Shown here: positions 35,964-46,003 of the stretch, piece after piece
Numbering within the stretch: position 1 is the stretch's first letter
How the letters are laid out: each line of letters opens with the position of its first letter
Source of the DNA: Ruminococcus sp. UBA7013
Lineage (GTDB): Bacteria > Bacillota > Clostridia > Oscillospirales > Ruminococcaceae
Assembly (NCBI GenBank): GCA_002449585.1
Contig: DJXD01000053.1
Span: 63,781 to 127,780 of the forward strand
Reading direction: 5' to 3'
DNA: 64,000 nucleotides
Made by a program: the position numbers and the translations under genes
The notes under the pieces: model-generated
Told to the model about the DNA's origin: nothing
Seen by the model: the letters and a program-made list of their open reading frames with translations, nothing else
Databases searched by the model: none

Positions 35964-36908
35964 ATGAAAAAAGTAATTGCATTCATCAGCAGTCTGATGA
36001 TGCTGAGTATGTCAGTCAGCGGCTTTATCCCAGCAAATGCAGAAACTTCTGAAACAATAATCTATGCTGAAAAATGGGATGAATCAGATAATACTGTCAA
36101 TTCAGCATGCAACAGCCCCTGCTATTACAGCGAAATGCTCCATCAGGCAATGCAGGAAAATCCCTCTGCAAAATTTGCTGTAAAACTGGATTATCATCTT
36201 AGGGATGAATTTACAGATGCATTCATGAATAGGCATACTATCGGAAATTATACTTATGATGCCTTTGTCAATCTTCATTATGAAAGTGCCGCATTCCTCA
36301 AAGCACAATCTGATCCCGAATTTCAGGAATTGCTTTTGGGATCTTCCTATGATGCAGATCATATTCTGACGGAAGACGAAACGGCACAGCTGATAGATGC
36401 TTATATTGACAAATGCCGTGAAATCCAGAATGAACTTAATGCTTATGCAGAAATCACATGCGCTGCATTCCTTCCTGATGAGCTGGAATATCTGGAAGAA
36501 AATCAGATTCAGATTACTTGCACTGATCCTTATGTGTGTGCCATTGCGGATGGGGAAGCTTTGGCTAATTTCCCCACAAGTGAAAATTTCTGGTATACTG
36601 CATACTTGGCAACCGAGAAACAAACCATCGGTCAAGAAACATTTCCTTCGGATGAAGCCTCTACAGAACCGGAAGAAACGGTTGCAACGTTTGATCTTGG
36701 CGAAATCATTCTGTGGGGGGATGTCACATTGGATGATCAAGTCAATATTATGGATGTGATTCTGATCAATAAAGCCATTTACGGAAAAGCAGATCTTACA
36801 GATGCTCAGTTAATAGCCGCTGATATAAATCAGAATGGCAAACCAGATGCAGAAGATGCGCTTACTATCATGAAATATGTGATCAAGCTGATTCATAGCT
36901 TTGCTTAA
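35964..36908 (+). CDS. Secreted dockerin-containing protein with an unrecognised roughly 230-aa N-terminal domain
   Basis: GAGGAGG RBS, a signal peptide (..SGFIPANA), and a C-terminal dockerin GDVTLDDQVNIMDVILINKAIYGKADL..ADINQNGKPDAEDALTIMKYVIKLI. Confidence 0.75.
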   Translation: MKKVIAFISSLMMLSMSVSGFIPANAETSETIIYAEKWDESDNTVNSACNSPCYYSEMLHQAMQENPSAKFAVKLDYHLRDEFTDAFMNRHTIGNYTYDAFVNLHYESAAFLKAQSDPEFQELLLGSSYDADHILTEDETAQLIDAYIDKCREIQNELNAYAEITCAAFLPDELEYLEENQIQITCTDPYVCAIADGEALANFPTSENFWYTAYLATEKQTIGQETFPSDEASTEPEETVATFDLGEIILWGDVTLDDQVNIMDVILINKAIYGKADLTDAQLIAADINQNGKPDAEDALTIMKYVIKLIHSFA

Positions 36909-36922
36909 AAATCATAATTATT

Positions 36923-36947
36923 GCCCTGCTTTTGCAGGGCTTTTTTT
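36923..36947 (+). terminator. Rho-independent terminator
   Basis: Stem gccctgc/gcagggc, a tttt loop, and T7. Confidence 0.8.
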
Positions 36948-36976
36948 GAAATTTCTGTGAAAAATGTAACAAACTA

Positions 36977-37005
36977 TTGACAAAGTTTCAGGATTATGAT
37001 AAAAT
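36977..37005 (+). promoter_or_regulatory. Promoter of the PEPCK gene
   Basis: TTGACA (36977-36982), a 17-nt spacer, and an extended -10 TGaTAAAAT ending at 37005. Confidence 0.55.
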
Positions 37006-37091
37006 AATATTGTCAACAAGATTCATGAGTATGCTGTTTTAGATGCTCTGTGAATAAAAAAATTGACAAATGATCAAGGAGGTCTTTTATT

Positions 37092-38939
37092 ATGGCATTA
37101 GAAGGCGCACTAACCACAAACCAGCAGGTGCTGGATTGGGTTCAGAAAATGGTTGATCTGTGTAAACCGGATAAAGTTGTCTGGATTGACGGCTCAAAAG
37201 AACAACTTGACGCTCTTACTGAAGAGGTTACATCCCTTCCGGATGGAGATCCTAATAAGATGTATCATCTGAATGAGGAAAAACTCCCTGGCTGTCTCTA
37301 TCACAGAACTGCTGTGAATGATGTTGCACGTGTAGAAGATAGAACATTCATCTGCACCAGAACAAAGGAAGATGCAGGCCCTACAAATAACTGGATGGAT
37401 CCTAAAGAAATGTATGCTATGCTGACACCTATGTATGATGGTGTGATGAAGGGTCAGACAATGTATGTTATTCCTTATAGCATGGGCCCCGTTACTTCTC
37501 CGATTTCTAAAGTTGGCGTAGAACTGACAGATTCTATCTATGTTGTTCTGAATATGAATATTATGACCAGAATGGGCAAAGCCGCTTTTGATAAACTGGG
37601 TGATTCTAATGACTTTGTCAGAGGTCTGCATTCAAAGGCTGATGTTGATCCGGAAAAGCGTTATATTGTACAGTTCCCGGAAGATAATACAATCTGGTCA
37701 ATTAATTCTGCTTATGGCGGAAATGTAATTCTGTCAAAGAAATGCTTTGCACTGCGTATTGCCTCCTTCCAGGGCAAGAATGAGGGATGGATGGCAGAAC
37801 ATATGCTGATTCTGGGCGTTCAGAAGCCCGACGGCGATACAAAATATGTCTGCGCTGCTTTCCCGTCTGCATGTGGTAAAACCAATCTGGCAATGCTGAT
37901 TCCTCCGGAAGGCTATACAAAGAAGGGCTATAAAGTATTCACTGTTGGTGATGATATTGCTTGGCTGAAACCCGGCAAGGATGGCAGACTTTATGCAATC
38001 AATCCGGAAAATGGCTTCTTTGGCGTTGCTCCTGGCACAAATGAAAAGTCGAATTATAATGCATTAGCCGCTACTAAGAAGAATGCAATCTTTACAAATG
38101 TCGCTTTGGATAATAGTGATAATACAGTATGGTGGGAAAAACTGACAAAAGAACCCCCGGCTGATGCAACTGAATGGACAGGAAAGAAAGTCAACGGTGT
38201 AGAATATACACAGGAAATTGATGAAAAGACCGGCAAAAAGAAGACGCTGGCACATCCGAATTCCAGATTTACCGCACCAGCTGAAAATTGTCCGTGTCTG
38301 TCTCCAGAATTCAATAATCCGGAAGGTGTACCGGTTTCTGCTATTATCTTTGGCGGAAGACGTGCCTCTACTACACCGCTGGTATATCAGTCATTTGACT
38401 GGACACATGGCACATATATGGGATCTGCTGTATCTTCTGAAACAACCGCAGCTGCAACGGGTGCTGTTGGTGTCCTGAGACATGATCCAATGGCTATGAA
38501 GCCGTTTATTGGCTATAATGTCGGCGATTACTGGGCACATTGGCTTGAAATGGGCGAAGTGCTGGGCGATAAAGCACCGAAGATTTTCAATGTTAACTGG
38601 TTCAAGCAGGACGAAAACGGCAATTTCATCTGGCCGGGCTTTGGTGATAATATGCGTGTTCTGGACTGGATCATTAAGAGATGTGAAGGCGAAGCAGAAG
38701 CAGAAGAAACCGCCATTGGCTACCTGCCTAAGAAGGGCGATATCAATACCGAAGGCATTGAAGATGAAGTAACACCTGAAATCATGGACAAGCTTCTTGA
38801 TGTTGATAAAGAACTCTGGAAGAAAGAAATTGCAGAAATGCGCAGATATTATGATGAAGACATTGCTGCAAAGGGCGGCCGTGTTCCACAGGCTCTGAGG
38901 GATGTACTGGATAAGATCGAGTCAAATCTGAATCAGTAA
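37092..38939 (+). CDS. pckG: Phosphoenolpyruvate carboxykinase (GTP)
   Basis: GTP-PEPCK signatures (FPSACGKTNLAML, kinase-1a), GDDIAWL, and NWF..D..G.F.WPGFG. Confidence 0.95.
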   Translation: MALEGALTTNQQVLDWVQKMVDLCKPDKVVWIDGSKEQLDALTEEVTSLPDGDPNKMYHLNEEKLPGCLYHRTAVNDVARVEDRTFICTRTKEDAGPTNNWMDPKEMYAMLTPMYDGVMKGQTMYVIPYSMGPVTSPISKVGVELTDSIYVVLNMNIMTRMGKAAFDKLGDSNDFVRGLHSKADVDPEKRYIVQFPEDNTIWSINSAYGGNVILSKKCFALRIASFQGKNEGWMAEHMLILGVQKPDGDTKYVCAAFPSACGKTNLAMLIPPEGYTKKGYKVFTVGDDIAWLKPGKDGRLYAINPENGFFGVAPGTNEKSNYNALAATKKNAIFTNVALDNSDNTVWWEKLTKEPPADATEWTGKKVNGVEYTQEIDEKTGKKKTLAHPNSRFTAPAENCPCLSPEFNNPEGVPVSAIIFGGRRASTTPLVYQSFDWTHGTYMGSAVSSETTAAATGAVGVLRHDPMAMKPFIGYNVGDYWAHWLEMGEVLGDKAPKIFNVNWFKQDENGNFIWPGFGDNMRVLDWIIKRCEGEAEAEETAIGYLPKKGDINTEGIEDEVTPEIMDKLLDVDKELWKKEIAEMRRYYDEDIAAKGGRVPQALRDVLDKIESNLNQ

Positions 38940-38953
38940 TCTGAACTATTTTT

Positions 38954-38988
38954 CCGTCCTCCTGCATTTGCAGGGGGCGGATTTTTTT
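38954..38988 (+). terminator. Rho-independent terminator
   Basis: Imperfect stem ccgtcctcctgc/gcagggggcgg followed by T7. Confidence 0.6.
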
Positions 38989-39151
38989 ATAAATAATGAC
39001 TAAAAAAAAGAGTTGTATTTGTGGATAAATCACAAAATATCCGGAAACGATTGCAATTTTTGTGTAGTTGTGCTATAATGAAAATAGCATGAGTCATGGG
39101 GGAAGAATACCCATGTGGATTGAAATTATAATCAATAAAGGAGATTAAGAT

Positions 39152-40219
39152 ATGGCACAAAAAGTTTGCTATAGCTGCGGAGCGAGATTGGCGGCCAATC
39201 AGGTTAGCTGTAAAAACTGCGGCGCACATCAATGGCGTAAAGGCACAGATAAAATGACTGTAGATCAGCTTAAAAAAGAAGCAGATGAAGAATATAATCA
39301 GGGCAGACTTGGCAACAGTGAAGAACATAACAGACATATGGAAAAATCTATGTTCCTGTATTCCATCATTGCTGAAAAAATTGCTTATATGGCACCCAAA
39401 ATGGAAACAATTGAACCAATGGAACGCTGCATTCATATGCTGGATTATATCCTGATGCAGGAACGCCGTGCAAGCTTCCTCGGTGATGAAAGAAGACAGG
39501 CACGTTATAGAGATTTGCTCCAGCAGATTACCAATGCAAAGGATAATCTGGTTTATGAGCGTCTGGAAAAGGCACATTCTAAAAATAAGGCAGAACAGCC
39601 AACTCCGGCACAGGCTGCACCTGCTGCACCTGCTGCACCACAGCAGCCTATGAATACAGATACATTTGCTGCAACACTTTCCGCTGTACAGCAGCCAGCT
39701 CCGGCCGCCGCTCCAGCTGCTCCTGAGAAAAAAGTAGCACATAAACGGGATTCACTGGATGATCTTGTTGATTATGCTCTGTTTACTGTCAATGAAATGG
39801 ATGAAATGGGCAGCTGGACATTCCTCGGCAAGCCCAGAACAAAGAATTATATGATCAGCATGTTGAGTTTTCTCCGTGAGATCAAAGGCCAGATTGATAC
39901 GCTCGAACCTAAGGAAAGAGAAGTTCTTCAGCATGTGATGTTCCAGGTGGGAGACAGCTATAAAAATGGCACTTATCCATTCCCCCAGAATCCGGACAAG
40001 GCCATTGCATGGCATACAGAAGCTTCTAACAAAGGCTTTGTGCTGTCACAGCTGGCCATTGCAGAAATCTATCTCAATGGCAATGGCGGCATGAGAGCTC
40101 AGCCCGAAAAAGCATTAGAATGGTATCAGAGAGCCCTTCAGGCCAACAGCTCACAGCGTGTGAATGAATATGCAGAAGCTGCAATTGAACATATTAAATA
40201 TACAATGAGCCAGCAATAA
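39152..40219 (+). CDS. Zinc-ribbon / Sel1-repeat (TPR-like) protein
   Basis: N-terminal CxxC..CxxC (CYSCGARL..CKNCGAH), a Pro/Ala/Gln low-complexity linker, and C-terminal Sel1-like repeats (..AIAWHTEASNKGF..AIAEIYLNG.G....PEKALEWYQRA). Confidence 0.65.
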   Translation: MAQKVCYSCGARLAANQVSCKNCGAHQWRKGTDKMTVDQLKKEADEEYNQGRLGNSEEHNRHMEKSMFLYSIIAEKIAYMAPKMETIEPMERCIHMLDYILMQERRASFLGDERRQARYRDLLQQITNAKDNLVYERLEKAHSKNKAEQPTPAQAAPAAPAAPQQPMNTDTFAATLSAVQQPAPAAAPAAPEKKVAHKRDSLDDLVDYALFTVNEMDEMGSWTFLGKPRTKNYMISMLSFLREIKGQIDTLEPKEREVLQHVMFQVGDSYKNGTYPFPQNPDKAIAWHTEASNKGFVLSQLAIAEIYLNGNGGMRAQPEKALEWYQRALQANSSQRVNEYAEAAIEHIKYTMSQQ

Positions 40220-40224
40220 TATCA

Positions 40225-40259
40225 AAAGGCACTTCCGATTTTCAGGATGTGCCTTTTTT
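40225..40259 (+). terminator. Rho-independent terminator
   Basis: Stem aaaggcac/gtgccttt followed by a T-run. Confidence 0.55.
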
Positions 40260-40280
40260 CAGAAACAGAGGTGTTTTTTC

Positions 40281-40907
40281 ATGACAGAAAAAGAAAAGAT
40301 GACTGCCGGAATGCTATATGATGCTTCCGGAGAAGAATTGACAGAGATGAGAAAAAGAGCACATAAGCTTTCTAAAGATTATAACGATACTTATGAGGAT
40401 GAATCAGAAAAGCGCAGATTGATTTTACAATGTCTGCTTCCCCATGCCGGAAAAGAATTATATCTGCAATCCCCCATACAATTTGATTATGGCGTATTTA
40501 CTACATTTGGTGATAGATGCTATGCAAATTTTAATTTTACCGTGCTGGATTGTGCGCCTGTTACCATCGGGGATGATGTGTTTTTTGCGCCGGGTGTAAC
40601 ACTCGCTACGCCGATGCATCCATTTCTTGCGGAAGAACGTAATATGAAACGCCGGGAAAATGGAGATTTATATGATCTGGAATATGCAAAGCCGATTATC
40701 ATCGGAAATAACTGCTGGATCGCCAGCAATGTGACCATCTGCGGCGGTGTGACAATCGGCGATAATACGATTATTGGCGCAGGGAGTGTTGTCACAAGAG
40801 ATATTCCAGCTGGTGTGCTGGCCGCTGGAAATCCCTGCCGTGTGATTCGTGAGATCACAGAACAAGATTCTGTTTATCTAAAAAAAGAATTATTCATTGC
40901 ACCGTGA
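40281..40907 (+). CDS. maa: Maltose/galactoside O-acetyltransferase (left-handed beta-helix)
   Basis: N-terminal Mac domain (MLYDASGEEL...R..A..L...YN) and hexapeptide repeats (IGDNTIIGAGSVVTRDIPAGVLAAGNPCRVIR). Confidence 0.85.
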   Translation: MTEKEKMTAGMLYDASGEELTEMRKRAHKLSKDYNDTYEDESEKRRLILQCLLPHAGKELYLQSPIQFDYGVFTTFGDRCYANFNFTVLDCAPVTIGDDVFFAPGVTLATPMHPFLAEERNMKRRENGDLYDLEYAKPIIIGNNCWIASNVTICGGVTIGDNTIIGAGSVVTRDIPAGVLAAGNPCRVIREITEQDSVYLKKELFIAP

Positions 40908-41787
40908 CAGAAATATGAAAAGAATGCAATGCAGGTTTCTCAAGCGGCAGATTTTGACTTTCTAGAAGATCTTGAATTCCTATCACATCCGCATCAGCGG
41001 CCAGCATTTCTCTGATAGCCGTTTCACATTGGGATTGCATCAGCGTTTCCAAAAACTGCGTTTCTATCTTTTCTGTGATCCAGATTTTGATATGATAATA
41101 AAATTGCTGATCATGCAGTGATTTTTCTATCCGGATTTTTCTCACAGAAATATCCTGTTCACCGTCGGGAGTCTCCAGTGTCATGACAAAGCCCCCTGTA
41201 TTGCGCCTAAGCCAGTACATCCCTTTTTGTGCCTGTTCGGATAATGCAGTACATGCGCCATCTTTATGCAAAAGCACAAGCCCCGGTGTTCCTTTTTTCT
41301 GAACCGGAAGCAATGCCGTTCCCAGAAAACCATGCCATTCGTTCAAAGCTGTGGATAGATCTGTAATACTCAGCAAGCCGCTTTGTTCTGACATGCGTAT
41401 CATGTGAATCATGGCTGTATGATCCGGATCTTTGAAATAATCAGCTGGATCTGCATAGAGTACTTTGCAGGCAGGTGACAGACCTTTCTGAAATAATAAT
41501 TCTTCCGCCGGATTCAGTGTGCATGTCCCATCCAGGCATAATAATTCCGTATGGCCAATAAATACTTTTCCTCCGGTAACAGATTCCTCCTGACGGATGA
41601 CTTCTGAAATGCTGATCCCTGTGACAGGTTCACAGGGATCTTTTTCAAATGCTTGCGCATAAAAGCTCAGATCTCCGTCACAAGTCAGGCCTATTGCCTG
41701 TGTATACATCCGGTCTGATATTGTTTCTGTACTGCATCCAGTCAGGAGCAGAAGCACACAAGGAATGAAAAATTTAAAATGCTTCAT
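40894..41787 (-). CDS. Spore germination receptor lipoprotein, Ger(x)C family
   Basis: Lipobox LLLLTGCS. It is the last gene of the GerA-type A-B-C operon. The start at 41787 (MKHFKFF) is preferred over the track start. Confidence 0.75.
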   Translation of the reverse strand: MKHFKFFIPCVLLLLTGCSTETISDRMYTQAIGLTCDGDLSFYAQAFEKDPCEPVTGISISEVIRQEESVTGGKVFIGHTELLCLDGTCTLNPAEELLFQKGLSPACKVLYADPADYFKDPDHTAMIHMIRMSEQSGLLSITDLSTALNEWHGFLGTALLPVQKKGTPGLVLLHKDGACTALSEQAQKGMYWLRRNTGGFVMTLETPDGEQDISVRKIRIEKSLHDQQFYYHIKIWITEKIETQFLETLMQSQCETAIREMLAADADVIGIQDLLESQNLPLEKPALHSFHISVTVQ

Positions 41788-42787
41788 GGGATTGTTCCTT
41801 TCTGCGGACATGTGCGGAAAATTCATGAATGCGAAGCATCAGAGGGATCACAAAAATCAACACAGGAAGCAGCAATATGATCAAATCCGTCAGCAATGTC
41901 TGATTGATCGACCATGCAAGAAGAACCATCAGAAGCAGAGAGGCCGGTGCTGTCCATTTTTCCCGGATCGGATATAGCATTTCTGTGATAGATTCTGTAA
42001 TACCGCTTTGTAATGTCGTATACATGACATATAGCATCACAAACACTAGAATATATAATGCATCGGCTCTTTGTCCCTGCAATGGCTGTGATAATGCGGT
42101 GAGTGTGAAAAATGGATAGCCATTCAAAGAAATCAGTCTGCCCCCGGCGGTAATGCTCAGGAATAAGATCAAAATGCAGAAAATGGCTTTTGCCAGCAAA
42201 TAGCTGTATACAGCAGATTTCCGGCCGTTTCTGGCTCGATCACAGAGAATCCATGCAGCACCAAGCTCTCCGCTCAATGCAAAATACTGTTTCATGCCCG
42301 GCCAGAAACCATTTCCCTGTAATGCAATTCGGCTGATGTCGATTCTTTTCCATGCCCCAAGAATCAGCACAAGCACAGAGATCAGAAATAAACTCATCAC
42401 AAGTGGGGCGCATCTTGCCGCCGCTCGCAATCCGGCAGAACTAGTATAAATACAAGTCAGAACAATCAGCACAGCGGCAGTCATCTTTCCCGATGCCGGA
42501 AGAAGTTGCTGAGGAGCGGCTTCCCAAAGCTGTGAAAATCCATGCGCACCGCATAATAAAAAATAAATCATATAAATCAGGCCAAGCCATTTCTGCGATT
42601 GCATTAGATTCCGAAAGGCATTTTCCCGAAGTGCCAGCATGGGCAGACAACAAAGCATTTCTATCAGACAGGCCGCCACTGTCCCCCAGATCTGTCCGCA
42701 TCCATGCGGTTCAGGAATACAGATCACTGACCATGCGCCTGATAAAATCAAAATGGCAAAGATCTGATGACTATGAATTTTGCTCAT
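41774..42787 (-). CDS. Spore germination receptor permease subunit, Ger(x)B family
   Basis: A roughly 10-TM APC-like membrane protein located between the GerAA-like and GerAC-like genes, with overlapping stop/start codons. Confidence 0.75.
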   Translation of the reverse strand: MSKIHSHQIFAILILSGAWSVICIPEPHGCGQIWGTVAACLIEMLCCLPMLALRENAFRNLMQSQKWLGLIYMIYFLLCGAHGFSQLWEAAPQQLLPASGKMTAAVLIVLTCIYTSSAGLRAAARCAPLVMSLFLISVLVLILGAWKRIDISRIALQGNGFWPGMKQYFALSGELGAAWILCDRARNGRKSAVYSYLLAKAIFCILILFLSITAGGRLISLNGYPFFTLTALSQPLQGQRADALYILVFVMLYVMYTTLQSGITESITEMLYPIREKWTAPASLLLMVLLAWSINQTLLTDLIILLLPVLIFVIPLMLRIHEFSAHVRRKEQSHEAF

Positions 42788-44228
42788 AATATTCCTCCAC
42801 TGTGAAATTTCCTGACTGCATTCTGTGAAAATTCACCCGTGTGATCACATCACGCATTGACCGCATTTTGAATGGAGAAAGCGGTGCTGTTGCAGGAAAG
42901 CCAAATGTTTCCGTAGCGCATAAATTATATAATACTGCCATTCCCAGCAGGCCGATCCCAAATAAACCCCATGCCCCTCCAGCAATGATAAATAATACTC
43001 TCAAAATCGTAATAGGAGCATTCAAATCTGGAGTGACAAATCCGGCAATAACGGAAATCGCTGTCATTGTCAGCATGGGTGTGCTGATCAATCCGGATGA
43101 AACAGCCGCATCCCCAATGATCAGGCCGGAAACAATGCTGACTGCACCACCCACAGCTTTCGGAAGCCGGAGACCAGCCTCACGGATGACTTCATACATT
43201 AATAAAACGAATATTGTTTCTGCTGGCAGGGAAAGCGGTGCTTTTTCTTCTGCTTCCGTGAGAATTAATACAAACGTGCTGTTTAATAATTCCGGATGAT
43301 GCATACAAACTGCAATATATAACGCCGGAAGCAGAAGCGCAATCAGACAGGATAAATATTTCACCCAGCGGATAAAAGCGGCATAATAAGGCTTATGTGT
43401 GTAATCATCCAATGTCTGAAAGCTTTCGATCCATAATTTAGGAATCACAAGCGCAAACGGTACGCCGTCTATTAATAAGGCTACCCGGCCTTCCAGTAGT
43501 TTAGAACATAAAATATCCGGCCGCTGTGTCATGCTCACGCTGTCAAACAAACTCCCCCGGCATTTTTCAAGAAATGGCTGAAGATAGCCGGGTGATAAAA
43601 TAGTATCTAGATCTGTGGCGGAAATCTCTTTCCGGATCTGCCGCAATAACTGCGGCGGCACTCGATCTTTCATATAGCAAAGACAAATATCTGTTTGACT
43701 GAGATGCCCTGCTGTGGATAGCTCAAATTTCAAAATCGGTGTTTTCATCCGCCGCCGAATCAATGACATATTTGTTCTGACAGCTTCCGTCAGGCCATCA
43801 TGTGCCCCAAATAAATTAGCTTCTCCAGAGGGTTCGCTGATGCTCCTCTTGTCATACCCCTGAATCCCGAATGCTAATGCTTTATGCTGACCATCCGCCG
43901 CCAATATGATAAAACCAGAATACACCAGCCGGAATAAATCTGCATAATTCCTCACTACAGGCCTGTCCAAAGATAAAAGCATGTGATCTTGAATATAAGA
44001 AAATAATGCATCGCTGTCATGCTGATGAAAAAGCTGTGTCAGCGGAAGAATCAGCAGATCTGTCATGATAGTTGTGGAAATCATGCCTTCACAGGCAATC
44101 AACGCACAGGAAATATCACCGATTTGCAATCGATTGATCAGCAAATCTGAACTATTATCAGCAAGATGCCGCACACCGGCAAGGGTTTCTTCCAAAGAAT
44201 CTGGAAGCGCATTCTGTTCCGTCAGCAT
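42771..44228 (-). CDS. Spore germination receptor subunit, GerAA family
   Basis: GerA family pattern (..DSLEETL..SSDL..R.., RRRMKTP, a C-terminal 4-5 TM block ...EAGLRLPKAVGGAVSIVSGLIIGDAAV). Confidence 0.85.
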   Translation of the reverse strand: MLTEQNALPDSLEETLAGVRHLADNSSDLLINRLQIGDISCALIACEGMISTTIMTDLLILPLTQLFHQHDSDALFSYIQDHMLLSLDRPVVRNYADLFRLVYSGFIILAADGQHKALAFGIQGYDKRSISEPSGEANLFGAHDGLTEAVRTNMSLIRRRMKTPILKFELSTAGHLSQTDICLCYMKDRVPPQLLRQIRKEISATDLDTILSPGYLQPFLEKCRGSLFDSVSMTQRPDILCSKLLEGRVALLIDGVPFALVIPKLWIESFQTLDDYTHKPYYAAFIRWVKYLSCLIALLLPALYIAVCMHHPELLNSTFVLILTEAEEKAPLSLPAETIFVLLMYEVIREAGLRLPKAVGGAVSIVSGLIIGDAAVSSGLISTPMLTMTAISVIAGFVTPDLNAPITILRVLFIIAGGAWGLFGIGLLGMAVLYNLCATETFGFPATAPLSPFKMRSMRDVITRVNFHRMQSGNFTVEEYYEQNS

Positions 44229-44364
44229 AAATTTTCACCTCTCTGTGATGCAGTATGTCCAATCCAGAGAAAAATATGCAGAAAAAAACAGTTGCATTCT
44301 GTCAGATTTTGTGTTATACTGAAATTATTCAGAGAATTTCAGATATAGAAAGGAAAGAATAATT

Positions 44365-45636
44365 ATGAAATTTCAGTGTGCTGCATTACTGGCGGCCGCT
44401 TCTATACTCCTCACAGGATGCGCCAAAGTGCAGAATGAACAACAAGAAGCTGAAACACAGCATATTATTGATATTGCAGAAATCGGAATTCCTGATCCGA
44501 CTCAGCCAGAAACAGAACCCCCTCCACAGCCTTCTTCTATTCGCTTCCTTGCGGTGGGAGATAATTTAATTCATTCCTGTGTCTATCATACGGCTGAGAA
44601 TCATGCAGACAGCAGTAAATCTTATGATTTTCATTATTGCTATCAGTATATAGAAAATAAAGTGAAAAATGCAGATCTTGCATTTATCAATCAGGAAACT
44701 GTTATCTGTAATGATGAATATGAAATTTCAGGATCTAATCTGAATTTTAATTCCCCTGTAGAATTGGGCTATGATCTGATTGATGTCGGTTTTGATATTT
44801 TTAATATGGCAAATAATCATGTATTAGATAAAGGCTCTGACGGAATGAGAGCTACGTTAGATTATTGGGATGAAAGACAGGAACAAAATGATAATGTTGT
44901 TGTCATGGGTGCTTATCGAAATGAGGAAGATATGCAAAATTACAGGATCACCAAAGTCAATGATATTACTGTCGGATTTTTGGGCTATACAGAACATACA
45001 AATGGTTATCATCTCCCGGAAGCATCAGAAATGATCATTCCGTATCTGGAAGAGGAAACGCTGATACAGCAACAGATCACAGAACTTGCTGAACAGACAG
45101 ATTGTGTAATCGTCTCCGCACACTGGGGCATTGAAGATTCTCATGAAGTCACAGACGAAGTAAAAGACTTAGCACAGAAATTTGTCGACTGGGGTGCGGA
45201 TGTTGTCATTGGGACAGGCCCTCATACACTCGAATCTATGGAATATCTGACACGGGAAGACGGCTCTCAGGGCTTTGTTTTCTATTCCCTGGGAAATTTT
45301 ATCTCCGGCCAGACAGATAATTTCAATATGGTCGGCGGTATGGGTGAATTTGAAATCTGCAAAGATGAATCCGGTGTGATGACAATCGAAAATGTTACCC
45401 TTACCCCATTGATTACACATTATGAATCTAATATGTCTGATGTCCGTGTTTATCCGTATTATTTATATACAAATGATCTTGTGAATTCCCATTTTATTCC
45501 CTATTCTCCTGCTGGAACTGCCAAGCGATGGAATTGGGATGTGATTAATACAATCATAGAACAGAATGTTCCGGAAGAATTTCTCTGCCTCGCAGAAACC
45601 AAAGATCAGCCAAATGTATTTAAACAGGCGGAATAG
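44365..45636 (+). CDS. CapA/PGA_cap family metallophosphoesterase-like lipoprotein
   Basis: Lipobox LLTGCA and CapA motifs (FLAVGDNLIH, MANNHVLDKG, SAHWGIE). Confidence 0.8.
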   Translation: MKFQCAALLAAASILLTGCAKVQNEQQEAETQHIIDIAEIGIPDPTQPETEPPPQPSSIRFLAVGDNLIHSCVYHTAENHADSSKSYDFHYCYQYIENKVKNADLAFINQETVICNDEYEISGSNLNFNSPVELGYDLIDVGFDIFNMANNHVLDKGSDGMRATLDYWDERQEQNDNVVVMGAYRNEEDMQNYRITKVNDITVGFLGYTEHTNGYHLPEASEMIIPYLEEETLIQQQITELAEQTDCVIVSAHWGIEDSHEVTDEVKDLAQKFVDWGADVVIGTGPHTLESMEYLTREDGSQGFVFYSLGNFISGQTDNFNMVGGMGEFEICKDESGVMTIENVTLTPLITHYESNMSDVRVYPYYLYTNDLVNSHFIPYSPAGTAKRWNWDVINTIIEQNVPEEFLCLAETKDQPNVFKQAE

Positions 45637-45877
45637 AATTGAAAAAAGCTTAAAAAATTCCCATCCTTTGTGAGAAATCCATAATTGAAAGTGGCAGATT
45701 TGTATAAATTGATGATTTTTAGAAAAAAGTTCAAAAACTATTTACTTTTTCGCAAAAATAGTGTATAATAAAAAGCAGTCAGGGGAAAAGTTGAAAAATT
45801 TTGTTTCTGGCTTTGGTCGAAATGCATAAAAAAGATGCACGTTTTTCTACAGTCTGTACAAAATGTAAAAAATTCTC

Positions 45878-45906
45878 TTGACTTTTTTGATGCTTTGTTC
45901 TATAAT
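45878..45906 (+). promoter_or_regulatory. Promoter of the scaffoldin cluster
   Basis: TTGACT (45878-45883), a 17-nt spacer, TATAAT (45901-45906), about 97 nt upstream of the scaC-like ATG. Confidence 0.6.
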
Positions 45907-46003
45907 AGAGTTAGGTAAATTTGAGCTTTGTACCGTGAACAAAGTGTCCGTGTAAGTATTCAGATCTATATTAATCAAATCCAAAAGAGGAGGAACAACT
46001 GAC

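Noticed and set aside
38987-39742. A 251-aa minus-strand ORF overlapping the zinc-ribbon/Sel1 gene and the PEPCK terminator.
   Set aside because: The translation is Cys-rich and implausible. It runs through a rho-independent terminator and a promoter region, and the plus-strand gene has recognisable motifs.
45725-45850. A possible small RNA upstream of the sca cluster. A promoter-like TTTACT-N17-(TGt)TATAAT sits at about 45733-45761, followed about 80 nt later by a short hairpin tgcat-aaaaaag-atgca + cgttttt.
   Set aside because: The hairpin has only 5 bp and the -35 element is weak. I cannot assess conservation, so the evidence from sequence alone is insufficient. It could equally be an upstream secondary promoter for scaC.
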